Below are positions 1 to 8,294 of a DNA stretch of 42,964 nt, in pieces. Below the pieces are notes generated by a model, which saw only the letters and a program-made list of their open reading frames with translations, searched no databases and had not been told where the DNA came from. Every line of letters begins with the position of its first letter. The stretch's first letter is position 1. The stretch lies in the NCBI GenBank assembly GCA_017390125.1, contig JAFPCT010000087.1, positions 1-42,964 of the forward strand, read 5' to 3'. Position numbers and translations under genes: made by a program. The stretch comes from Treponema sp. Lineage in GTDB: Bacteria; Spirochaetota; Spirochaetia; Treponematales; Treponemataceae.

Positions 1-1626
1 GGTGTTGAGCTTCAGGTAAAGATGAAGGAAATGTACGGAAAAATCATTGATATGGTTGACCGATATACAACGATGTACCGGCTGGTGGTTCTTGTGCTTG
101 GAATAATATTCATAGGACTTATTTTCATAAGCATAAGCAAGGGTACGGACCTTATTGTAAGCGGCATTAAAGAGGTCCGCGACATGTCCCTCAAGCTTGC
201 ACAGCGTGACTTTACCACTGAAATTGAGCCGACAGGAAGCAATGAGATGCAGGCCCTCATGCGCAACATGAACAACATGGTCTACGAGATCAACAACTTC
301 TTCCTTATTGTAAAGAAGACTGCGTCCCGTGCTATTTCTTCCGGATATTCAATCAATGACTCTTCTACCAGTACGGCTGCGGCTACAAATGAGATCAATT
401 CCAATGTTGAGGAAATTACGATGGAATTTGATCAGATCAACGAGTCAATGGAAAGGGCTGTAAAAGCCATCAACATAACAAACGAGCAGGTAAGGACTCT
501 TGTCGCAGACAACCAGAACCAGACTTCTGCCATTGATGAAAGTACGAATGCAATTTCTGCCATGGCAAGCGCTGTCGTAGGAATCCGTGAGAATGCAGTA
601 AAACGAACCAGAGCGGCAGAAGAAATGCGCGCTCTTGTAAGTGATGGTGACGGCAAGATTTCTGCCACAAATGGAATTCTTGAGGAAGTAATGGGCGAGC
701 TTGATGAAATCGGTGAAGTTATTACATTGATTGACTCGATTACAGAGCAGACAAACCTGCTTTCAATGAACGCCGCAATTGAGTCTGCTCATGCCGGGGA
801 ATTCGGAAAGGGATTTGCCGTTGTTGCAGAAGAAATCCGTTCTCTTGCAGAAAGCACTGCTGACAATGCAAAGAAAATCAATGAGGTAGTTACAACTGTA
901 ATCCAGAAAGTTACGGAAGCCCACGATTCAAGTCAGCTTGCTTCAAAGGCATTCTCAAAGGTTTCTAAACATTCTGCGGAAATGATTGAATCCTTCGCGG
1001 AAATCACTAAGGAAATTGAAAATATTGATGATCAGACTCATCAGATTACTCAGAAAACGGATATTACGGCTTCTACTGCCGACAAGATCAACTCTTACTG
1101 TACCAATCTTGCCGCCCAGCAGGAAACAGTTGCTCAGGAAATCAATGCAATCAAGAATCTGTTCCAGACTTCCCTTGAGTCGATTCATCAGATCAGCCGG
1201 GGAACTGAAGATATTGTAACCCGTATGGATGCGGTTGGAACTCTCAGCAAGGAAAGCTACAAGAACATGACAGACCTTGAGAATGTCCTTGAAGAATTCA
1301 AGACAAATGAAGGTGACGAAGAAGAGCTGCAGGAAGCAATTGATGACAATACAATTGACAATGTTATTTCTGATGAGCTCAGGGCTCAGCTTGAGGCCGA
1401 CTTCCACGAGCTGGATTCGGACATAGAATTCAATCCGGATGCTGTGGATGACGTAGGTGAAGTGGAGGAGACTTCTTCGGAAGGTTCTGAAGAAATGTCA
1501 GATGCAGTTGAAGAGAGCATGGAGCCGGTTTCAGAAGAAGAGTTCGGTACCGATAAGGAATCTGCCGTGGAAGATGACGACGGAGTTCTCGTAAATCGTG
1601 AGGTTCCTGCAGAAGCAGATGAATAA
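1..1626 (+). CDS. Methyl-accepting chemotaxis protein, 5'-truncated by the window edge, with a long acidic C-terminal tail
   Basis: The frame is open from base 1 (GVELQVK-M). It has a TM helix ([18 protein letters not shown]), a HAMP-like segment and the MCP hairpin tip motif [35 protein letters not shown]. Confidence 0.95.
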   Translation, partial: GVELQVKMKEMYGKIIDMVDRYTTMYRLVVLVLGIIFIGLIFISISKGTDLIVSGIKEVRDMSLKLAQRDFTTEIEPTGSNEMQALMRNMNNMVYEINNFFLIVKKTASRAISSGYSINDSSTSTAAATNEINSNVEEITMEFDQINESMERAVKAINITNEQVRTLVADNQNQTSAIDESTNAISAMASAVVGIRENAVKRTRAAEEMRALVSDGDGKISATNGILEEVMGELDEIGEVITLIDSITEQTNLLSMNAAIESAHAGEFGKGFAVVAEEIRSLAESTADNAKKINEVVTTVIQKVTEAHDSSQLASKAFSKVSKHSAEMIESFAEITKEIENIDDQTHQITQKTDITASTADKINSYCTNLAAQQETVAQEINAIKNLFQTSLESIHQISRGTEDIVTRMDAVGTLSKESYKNMTDLENVLEEFKTNEGDEEELQEAIDDNTIDNVISDELRAQLEADFHELDSDIEFNPDAVDDVGEVEETSSEGSEEMSDAVEESMEPVSEEEFGTDKESAVEDDDGVLVNREVPAEADE

Positions 1627-1664
1627 AAAAAAAGCACCGGTTTGAGCCGGTGCTTTTCTATTTT
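1625..1664. terminator. Bidirectional rho-independent terminator between convergent MCP and lysS
   Basis: Stem AAAAGCACCGG (1630-1640) / CCGGTGCTTTT (1647-1657), with an A-tract before it and a T-rich tract after it. Confidence 0.9.
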
Positions 1665-3273
1665 AGTAAACTGAAAGAATCTTGGAAAGTTTGTCTTTTC
1701 CGATAATCTTCATGAAGCTTGCAAGGCGAGGTCCCTGATCTTTTGCAATCAAAGCCTGGTACAATGCTGTGAACAAAGCTTTTGCATCAATACCAAGTTC
1801 TGTCGCAATGTCGTACATTGCCTGCTGGCATTCCTTATCCATTGCGTATGTTCCCACCTTAGGAACTACTTCATCACGTACACGCTTAACTGCTGCAAGC
1901 ATGTCGCCGCTCAAGTCTGCTTTTGAACCGTCGTTGCGGAGCGCAAAGCAGAATTCCGGAGCGCAGTCTGGCGCACTGTGCTGAATCCAGAACCAAGCGC
2001 ATGCCATTCGGCGGCGGAGTCGTTCTTCCTGCTCTGGCTTTACGTCTCCAAGGGCTGCAATTACGGCGTCGATGTCGCCTGAGTATGTCTGGAGAAGGGT
2101 TGTGAGCATCCGGAATGTTACCTGATACGGCATTGTCTCAGGGATTTTTCCGTCAATCTGGCTCAATTCGTAAATGCGCTTTTCTTTTGCAAGGAATTCA
2201 TCGTTCTTTGCCTTGTCTACGCCGTAAACTACGCGTTCTGTCTTGTCATAGTCCTCATATACCTTGAGAACGTCAAGGTCGAATGAAATTGCAAATTCTG
2301 TATTCGGGCGTGTTCCTGCAAAGAGGTAGCGGAGAACTTCTGCCTGATAAACGTCAAGGGCATCTGGAAGGGCAATAACCTTTCCTTTTGAAGATGACAT
2401 TTTTCCTGGTACGCCCTTGAGGTTTACGAAGTCGTAGCGCATTGTTACCGGTGCATCCCAACCGTAAACTTTCTTTGAAACAAGTTTTGCTGTGTCGTAG
2501 CTTCCGCCCGGGCTGATGTGGTCTTTTCCCCCCGGTTCGAATACTACTTTCTCTTCGTTCCAGCGCATAGGCCAGTCAACTCGCCAGCCGAGCTTTGCGC
2601 CTTTGAAGGTACGGATGTCTGCTGTCTCGCAGTTTCCGCATTCGCATTTGTATGTGATTCCGTATTCACCGTCATAGCCGGTGATTTCTGTTGTGTCTTT
2701 TGAGCATTTTCCGCAGAAAATTGAAACTGGCCAGTATACATCTTCCGGCTTCATTTTGTGCTGATCATCGCGGTATTCGTTAAGGCATTCCTTGATGAGC
2801 TCCCGGTTCTGCATGGCTTTTTTCATGCCTTCTGCATATCGGTTCGCACGGTATCGGCTTGCCTGGTAAAGGAATTCCGGGTGAATTCCAACGCGAGGAA
2901 GCTGAGTTTCAATGTCAACTTCGTGGTGACGTGCATAATTTTCGTTGCGGTTTGTTGTATCAGGTACTTCTGTAATAGGGTAGCGCAGGTATTTTTCAAG
3001 GATTTCCGGATCAGGCATGTTCGCCGGAACTTTGCGGAATACGTCATAGTCATCCCATGAATAAATGAAGCGTACGTTTTTTCCGCGGCTTCTGAGAGCG
3101 CGTACAACCAGATCAACGGTAATGATTTCGCGGAAATTTCCAAGGTGAACGGTTCCGCTCGGGGTGATGCCGGATGCACAGGTGTAAGAGTCAAGGTCGC
3201 CCTTTTCTTTGATGATCCTGTCTGCCATCTGGTCAGCCCAGTGAATGCAAGAAGAGTTTTTTTCGTTACTCAT
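1663..3273 (-). CDS. lysS: Lysine--tRNA ligase, class I
   Basis: HWAD...SGITPSGTVHLGNFRE (HIGH-like), KLGWRVDWPMRW, FEPGGKDH, KMSSSKG and GPRL motifs. A GAGG SD lies upstream. Confidence 0.97.
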   Translation of the reverse strand: MSNEKNSSCIHWADQMADRIIKEKGDLDSYTCASGITPSGTVHLGNFREIITVDLVVRALRSRGKNVRFIYSWDDYDVFRKVPANMPDPEILEKYLRYPITEVPDTTNRNENYARHHEVDIETQLPRVGIHPEFLYQASRYRANRYAEGMKKAMQNRELIKECLNEYRDDQHKMKPEDVYWPVSIFCGKCSKDTTEITGYDGEYGITYKCECGNCETADIRTFKGAKLGWRVDWPMRWNEEKVVFEPGGKDHISPGGSYDTAKLVSKKVYGWDAPVTMRYDFVNLKGVPGKMSSSKGKVIALPDALDVYQAEVLRYLFAGTRPNTEFAISFDLDVLKVYEDYDKTERVVYGVDKAKNDEFLAKEKRIYELSQIDGKIPETMPYQVTFRMLTTLLQTYSGDIDAVIAALGDVKPEQEERLRRRMACAWFWIQHSAPDCAPEFCFALRNDGSKADLSGDMLAAVKRVRDEVVPKVGTYAMDKECQQAMYDIATELGIDAKALFTALYQALIAKDQGPRLASFMKIIGKDKLSKILSVY

Positions 3274-3302
3274 TAGTTTCCTCTGAAGTGAATGGTATGT
3301 GA

Positions 3303-3331
3303 ATTATAATGAATTACGGGGTGTAATTCAA
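3303..3331 (-). promoter_or_regulatory. sigma70-type promoter of lysS with an 8 bp inverted repeat overlapping the -35 and spacer
   Basis: The minus strand reads TTGAAT-17 nt-TATAAT. TGAATTAC-N5-GTAATTCA lies at 3310-3330. Confidence 0.65.
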
Positions 3332-3421
3332 TTGTAATGTATGGATATTAGTTCCTGAGGTAGTGGTAAACCAGCCAACATCTTCAGCACCGAAGTTTAC
3401 GTTTATCGTTGCTCCGAATTT

Positions 3422-3838
3422 TTATTCTTGGGCAGCAGGAACACCTTTGTCTTCGTTATCAAGGTTGTCCTCGTGGGTGACAGTATGTCTGTTTCGTGTG
3501 TAGTAGATTTCAATGACTGTATTTTCTGTTATAGTTTTCTGTTCAAATGGTTGGGCTGTAAAACCACACCGGTATTCTGCTGCTGCAGTTGTCAGCTCTC
3601 CGGGAGTTCCGTATAAATACATTGTCTCCACATCGTCTGTATATTCGTCATCGTCGAGATTCTGGAAGTAGTACATTACACCGTATTTCATGAATTTCTC
3701 AAAGTAGTACTGTTTTGCACATGGTGCCACAGCTTCCAGATCTGCCATCAGATTGTCGCAGGAATTCAAAACTGCGGACAGAACGAGGACTGCTGTAACT
3801 GCGGAAAACAATGTTTTTAATTTTACGGAGAATTTCAT
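3422..3838 (-). CDS. Lipoprotein with a small repeat-type beta domain, probably truncated by a premature stop (frame continues to 3314)
   Basis: Signal peptide with lipobox VLNSC, then YYFQNLDDDEY...GFTAQPFEQKTI...IEIYYTRN. A GGGAGG SD lies upstream. After the TAA the same frame reads KFGATINVNFGAEDVGWFTTTSG. Confidence 0.7.
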   Translation of the reverse strand: MKFSVKLKTLFSAVTAVLVLSAVLNSCDNLMADLEAVAPCAKQYYFEKFMKYGVMYYFQNLDDDEYTDDVETMYLYGTPGELTTAAAEYRCGFTAQPFEQKTITENTVIEIYYTRNRHTVTHEDNLDNEDKGVPAAQE

Positions 3839-3850
3839 GTCATCCCTCCC

Positions 3851-5500
3851 TTACCTTTTCTTTCGTGCAAATCTGTAGTTAAGTCCAAGCCTGACTCCGA
3901 AGTACTGGGCTGAACCGTCATTTTCAAATGCAAGCGTATAGAAAGGGGTTAATTCTGCAGAGATTCCGTCCAGGACGCTTCCTCCCGGGCTGAGCTTGAA
4001 TGCAAGTGCAAATTCAATTACCGGTGAAAAATAAAGATCATTTATTCTTTCCGGATTAAATGAGCCATTGACTTCGGGTATTGAGATGGATTCTATGTAG
4101 TTAAGAGTCCTTACATAATCCAGCTGAACGCCGCCGCCTGCCTGAGCCTGGATGCTGAAAATGTCAGAGGTCCTGAAGTTCAGGAAAAGCCCTCCGAATC
4201 CATTGAAGGCATACCATTCCTCAATGTAGTCGATGTCTGCCATTACGGTTTCTGCGTCAACGTGCATGCAGAGTCCTGTGTTTATGCGGCTTTTTGGGTT
4301 GAAGTAGAAATTGTACATGAGGCCTGCACCAAGGAAGTTATCGGAGTGGTTTGCCATGCGCTGCAAAGGAATGTAGTCCTTTAAATAAATTCCAATCTCA
4401 TTGTGTCCCCGGCTTCTTTCTTCTCTTTCTTTCGGGGCGGCCTTAACTTCTTTATCCTGCTTTTCAGCTTCTTTTTCTTTCTTTGTTTTCTGTTTTTCCA
4501 GCTCCCGGTTTCTGTTCTCTGCGTCTTTTCTGCGGAGTTCCTCCAGTTTGTCAGTTATTTCAAAAGTCTCTGATTCTGAAAAGTTGCCGTTAGGATTTGT
4601 AACTTTCAGATGCCACAAGCCTTCATCAACGCGGTAGAATTCAACGGAGTCTGCGGCCAGAGAATCGGATTTGTCCGTAAAATGCAGTTTTCCAGGCATT
4701 TCCATGCCGTTTATGTTGTTCACAAGGCTGGCTTTTGCGCCTTTTACCAGATTCGTAATTTCTGCCTTCACCTTAAAGCTTTCTCCTGTTTCCGGAAGTA
4801 CAATTTCCGACGGAATCTCCAGGATTACCGGAACTTTCATTGAATTTGCAAGGGTCTCTTCCTGGGCTTTCTGTTTTGCAATCGTTTCCGGGTCAACTAT
4901 GGTTATGGGCTCAGAAAGAACTGAATGTCCGCTGCGGTTGGTAATCTTGATGCAGTAGTCTCCGCTCTTTACGTAAGGGAAGAGTGCTGTCTGGGCAGTG
5001 CCGGTTTCATTTCCCCCTGTATTTTTTGTAAGAACAAGTTTTCCGGTTGTTTCCCTGGCTGTTGCCTGATTTACAAGTACAACGGTTGAAAATTCCGAAA
5101 CATGGGTGATTTCTGCCTTTACTGCGAATTCATCTCCGTCTTTAGGCAGCATGACTTTTTTGTCTGCCTTTTTGATGAGCGGCGGATTTGCCTTGAAGAC
5201 GTCAAAGTCGGTCCATTCGTTTACGCTGGACTCCCGGTCAAGGAAGTCATATACATAAATGCGGTAACGGTATTTTCCCGGCTCAAGGGAAACTGTTGTC
5301 GTATTGGTTTCTGTTTTAATGAAGGTTGATTTTCCTGTTGCGGCATTCATCAGCTCCACGCGGTAATAGAACGCGTTGCGGTCTGCGTGCCATTCAAGTT
5401 TCTGCTCTGCTTTTGCATTCTGCGCAAAAAGGGCAGAGGAAAGGCTTGTCATGAGGATGAGTGCAAATGTTTTCAAAAGCCGGAAGCGTCTATTCTGCAT
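3851..5500 (-). CDS. Exported protein: Fn3-like domain, two tandem Ig-like domains, charged linker and predicted C-terminal outer-membrane beta-barrel
   Basis: Signal peptide ...SSALFA-Q. Fn3-like LEW...YYRVEL...LEPGKYRYRIYVYD. Duplicated KAEIT...G.Y/W..K.TN..G unit. Amphipathic strands ending YFGVRLGLNYRF. Confidence 0.75.
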   Translation of the reverse strand: MQNRRFRLLKTFALILMTSLSSALFAQNAKAEQKLEWHADRNAFYYRVELMNAATGKSTFIKTETNTTTVSLEPGKYRYRIYVYDFLDRESSVNEWTDFDVFKANPPLIKKADKKVMLPKDGDEFAVKAEITHVSEFSTVVLVNQATARETTGKLVLTKNTGGNETGTAQTALFPYVKSGDYCIKITNRSGHSVLSEPITIVDPETIAKQKAQEETLANSMKVPVILEIPSEIVLPETGESFKVKAEITNLVKGAKASLVNNINGMEMPGKLHFTDKSDSLAADSVEFYRVDEGLWHLKVTNPNGNFSESETFEITDKLEELRRKDAENRNRELEKQKTKKEKEAEKQDKEVKAAPKEREERSRGHNEIGIYLKDYIPLQRMANHSDNFLGAGLMYNFYFNPKSRINTGLCMHVDAETVMADIDYIEEWYAFNGFGGLFLNFRTSDIFSIQAQAGGGVQLDYVRTLNYIESISIPEVNGSFNPERINDLYFSPVIEFALAFKLSPGGSVLDGISAELTPFYTLAFENDGSAQYFGVRLGLNYRFARKKR

Positions 5501-8294
5501 ACATTGTCTCCGGTTTTATGGATTCTATCGTTCCAGGAATTCCAAAGTCGATAGTGAAGTAATTTTTTGACAAGTGGCTTTCGCGCTCAACGAAGCCATC
5601 CTTTGCTCTGGTGTATGCAGTTACCGACCATTCAAAGCGGCCTACGTCAAGGATTGAGAAATCCCTGAGGATGAATGAAGTTTCACGCATATTTTTTATG
5701 TTCCTGAGCTCTTTAAGCGAGCCGTCCGGATTTCGTTTTGAAAGCGTAAAGGTATAGTCCGTGGCTCCGTCTACCGGAAGCCATGAGAATGTTACGCTTC
5801 TGTTTGAGCGGAAGAATGCTGATCCGAGGAGAATTTCCTGAGCCGGTACTTTGAGCACAGGCTGTGAAAGCGGCGTAATCTTGTCGATAACAAAGGCATT
5901 CTCCTCTGAGTTTATCGGGTGACCGTCCTGGGTTACGGCTTTAATCTGCCATTTGTAATTTCCTTCTCCAAGCCTTCTCAGGGAATTCTGAGTGCGCTGG
6001 GCGGTGTCGATTGTCTGGACTGGTCTGTAGGTTCCGTCTTCCTGCTGTTTTGAGACAACAAGCACATAAGATTTCGGAACGTCTTTTCCCTGCTGCCAGC
6101 TGAATGTTACCGGAGCCCTTACTGCTGCCAGTCCCGGAATATGCTCGTTGTTTTCCGGTGCAATGAGTTTTACTGCCATCGGTCTTCGTACGCTGAAATC
6201 GCATACGCAGGCAGCCCCTGTCCTGATTCTTGACTGGTTTGTGCTTCCGGAAACAGCCTGAATGCGTCCTGTGTAGTGGCCTTCCCCAAGGTTCACTTCA
6301 ACAGAGCGTTCTTTAAGGCTTGTCTTTTCGTATACAACCTCATTATTCTTGCTGATAATCTTGAGGCTGTATGAATCTGCGTTCTTTACCCCTGTCCATG
6401 AAAGAGTTACAGGGGAAGCGTCGTATGCCAGAAGCTCCTGATTTTTTGCAGGAGTTGTGAATACAGGCATTCCGAGAGGCGAAATTACGCTGAAATGACG
6501 CGGATAGGTAGGGCGGATAAGTTTGCCGCTTTCGCTCTGGGCACCGATGCGCCACCAGTATTCACCTTCCGTAAGCGTTACGCCGGAAAGGGTTGTTTCC
6601 CGCTGTGCCCTGATGAATTTAATGTCGTTGAATTCTGAGTCAGCGGCAATCTGAAGCACAGAAATTCCAGTTTCCTTCCAGTCGTCGCTTAAATTCCATG
6701 TGAAGTTTGTCGCCGAAAGTTTTTCTTCCTCACAGGTGAAGTCGTTTTCTGGGTAAATAAGTTTTGATTCTTTAGGAATGTAGCGCGTAACAGTAAATTT
6801 GCGCACGTCGGATTCGTTGTAGCGGTCAAGGTCGCTCTGAGAATGGCGGACAACTTTCCACCAGTATGTTCCGTCCTTAAGCTCGCCTGGAGCAAATTCC
6901 TTTGAGAACCGAGGAGAAGGAACCCTTTCCATATATGCAATGTCAGAAAATTCCCTGTCGTAGGAAATGAGTACGTCGTATTTTGCCTCAATCTCGCTCT
7001 TCCACATGAAGTTAGCGTTGAAGTTTTCCCGCCAGGTCAGTTCCGCTCCGTCTGCAGGAACGGTAAGCTCCGGCTTCTTGAGGTATTCTTCCTTTGCCAC
7101 GGTGAATGTTTCTGTCTTTGTCTGCTTTCCCCAGCCGGTATTGTTTACCGGATAGTAAGGGGTTACGGCCCAGTAGTACGAGCCTGCGTCAAGGTTGTCC
7201 AGAGTGAGGAATGAATCTGAAGTCTCGCTTTCAAATACAGGCGTACTCAGGTCCGGCTGGCGTGAAACTGTGAGCCGGTAAGTGTCTGCGTAATTTGAGC
7301 CGTTCCAGCGGAAAGTGATTTTCGGCTTCTCCGCAATGTAGCGGAATTCGCTGCCTGATTCCGGAGAAATCTGCTCTACCGCAGGAACTTTTTCTATAGA
7401 GATTCTTCCTTCCTTTACGTTGTCGTCCGGGCTTTCTGTAAAAGCACGCCAGTAAAGTATGCCGTTGTCTGCGCTTATTTTTGCAGAAGTTGCATCTTTT
7501 ATTGTCCTGTTATATGCAATCTTTGAGAAATCTCTTGTGGTTGAAGTCTGGAGTGTAACACCGTCTTTGTTTTCTCCGTTCACATGCCATTCAAACTGAA
7601 CCGGAATCTTTCCACCTTCAAAATTAAGTATGCGGCTTTCCTTTGTCGGTTTAATCATGGTGATGCTTACGACAGCCTTCTGTATTTCCTCTCCTTTTTC
7701 AAGTTTGACAGCCTCACCGGTAGAAAGGGTTGCGCTCTGACCGTTTTCGGTCTTGATTACAGCCTCACCGTCCTTAACTTCGATGTTCTGTTTTCCGCTT
7801 GCCGCATCTGCTTTTGCCGAAAGGCTGGCACCTTTTTCCATGTTTACAGTCGAACCGTCGGCAAAATTGACGGCAACAAGATTTGCTTCCTCTGCGGTAC
7901 TTGAAGAAACCTGAATGTCTCCTCCGTCAACAGAAAGCTGAATTCCGTTTTCCTTAGAGTAGGCCAGCTGAACCATGGAATTTTCGTATACGTCAAGAGA
8001 AGTTCCGTCTTTAAAATTGATGGTCACCTGGGCAAACTCTCCGGTACGGATGAAGTCTCCGTTGTATATCGGAGTATTCTGCTGAATACGCTCCCAGGCA
8101 ACGCGGTCGGAAAACTTTCTCTGAGCCACGTTGTATTTGAATGAGATGACTGCAATTGAATCTTTGTCTGTCCTTACGCCCGAACTGTTCAAATCCTGCC
8201 AGAAAAGCCAGAGAAACAGTGTTGAAAGCGAAAGACAGCTGACCGTCACGAAAAAATTAAGAAGTGGCGACCTGAATCTTATTTTCTTCTTCAT
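5490..8294 (-). CDS. FecR-domain membrane protein with multiple Ig/Fn3-like repeats
   Basis: N-terminal TM, then FecR signature WERIQQNTPIYNGDFIRTGEFAQVTINFKDGTSLDVYENS. About 7 repeats of the form P....F.W....Y.L.....G.Y.W.V/I. Confidence 0.88.
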   Translation of the reverse strand: MKKKIRFRSPLLNFFVTVSCLSLSTLFLWLFWQDLNSSGVRTDKDSIAVISFKYNVAQRKFSDRVAWERIQQNTPIYNGDFIRTGEFAQVTINFKDGTSLDVYENSMVQLAYSKENGIQLSVDGGDIQVSSSTAEEANLVAVNFADGSTVNMEKGASLSAKADAASGKQNIEVKDGEAVIKTENGQSATLSTGEAVKLEKGEEIQKAVVSITMIKPTKESRILNFEGGKIPVQFEWHVNGENKDGVTLQTSTTRDFSKIAYNRTIKDATSAKISADNGILYWRAFTESPDDNVKEGRISIEKVPAVEQISPESGSEFRYIAEKPKITFRWNGSNYADTYRLTVSRQPDLSTPVFESETSDSFLTLDNLDAGSYYWAVTPYYPVNNTGWGKQTKTETFTVAKEEYLKKPELTVPADGAELTWRENFNANFMWKSEIEAKYDVLISYDREFSDIAYMERVPSPRFSKEFAPGELKDGTYWWKVVRHSQSDLDRYNESDVRKFTVTRYIPKESKLIYPENDFTCEEEKLSATNFTWNLSDDWKETGISVLQIAADSEFNDIKFIRAQRETTLSGVTLTEGEYWWRIGAQSESGKLIRPTYPRHFSVISPLGMPVFTTPAKNQELLAYDASPVTLSWTGVKNADSYSLKIISKNNEVVYEKTSLKERSVEVNLGEGHYTGRIQAVSGSTNQSRIRTGAACVCDFSVRRPMAVKLIAPENNEHIPGLAAVRAPVTFSWQQGKDVPKSYVLVVSKQQEDGTYRPVQTIDTAQRTQNSLRRLGEGNYKWQIKAVTQDGHPINSEENAFVIDKITPLSQPVLKVPAQEILLGSAFFRSNRSVTFSWLPVDGATDYTFTLSKRNPDGSLKELRNIKNMRETSFILRDFSILDVGRFEWSVTAYTRAKDGFVERESHLSKNYFTIDFGIPGTIESIKPETMYAE

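Noticed and set aside
1663-3273. Class I LysRS as an unusual archaeal-type acquisition
   Set aside because: Class I LysRS is the established norm in Treponema and Borrelia.
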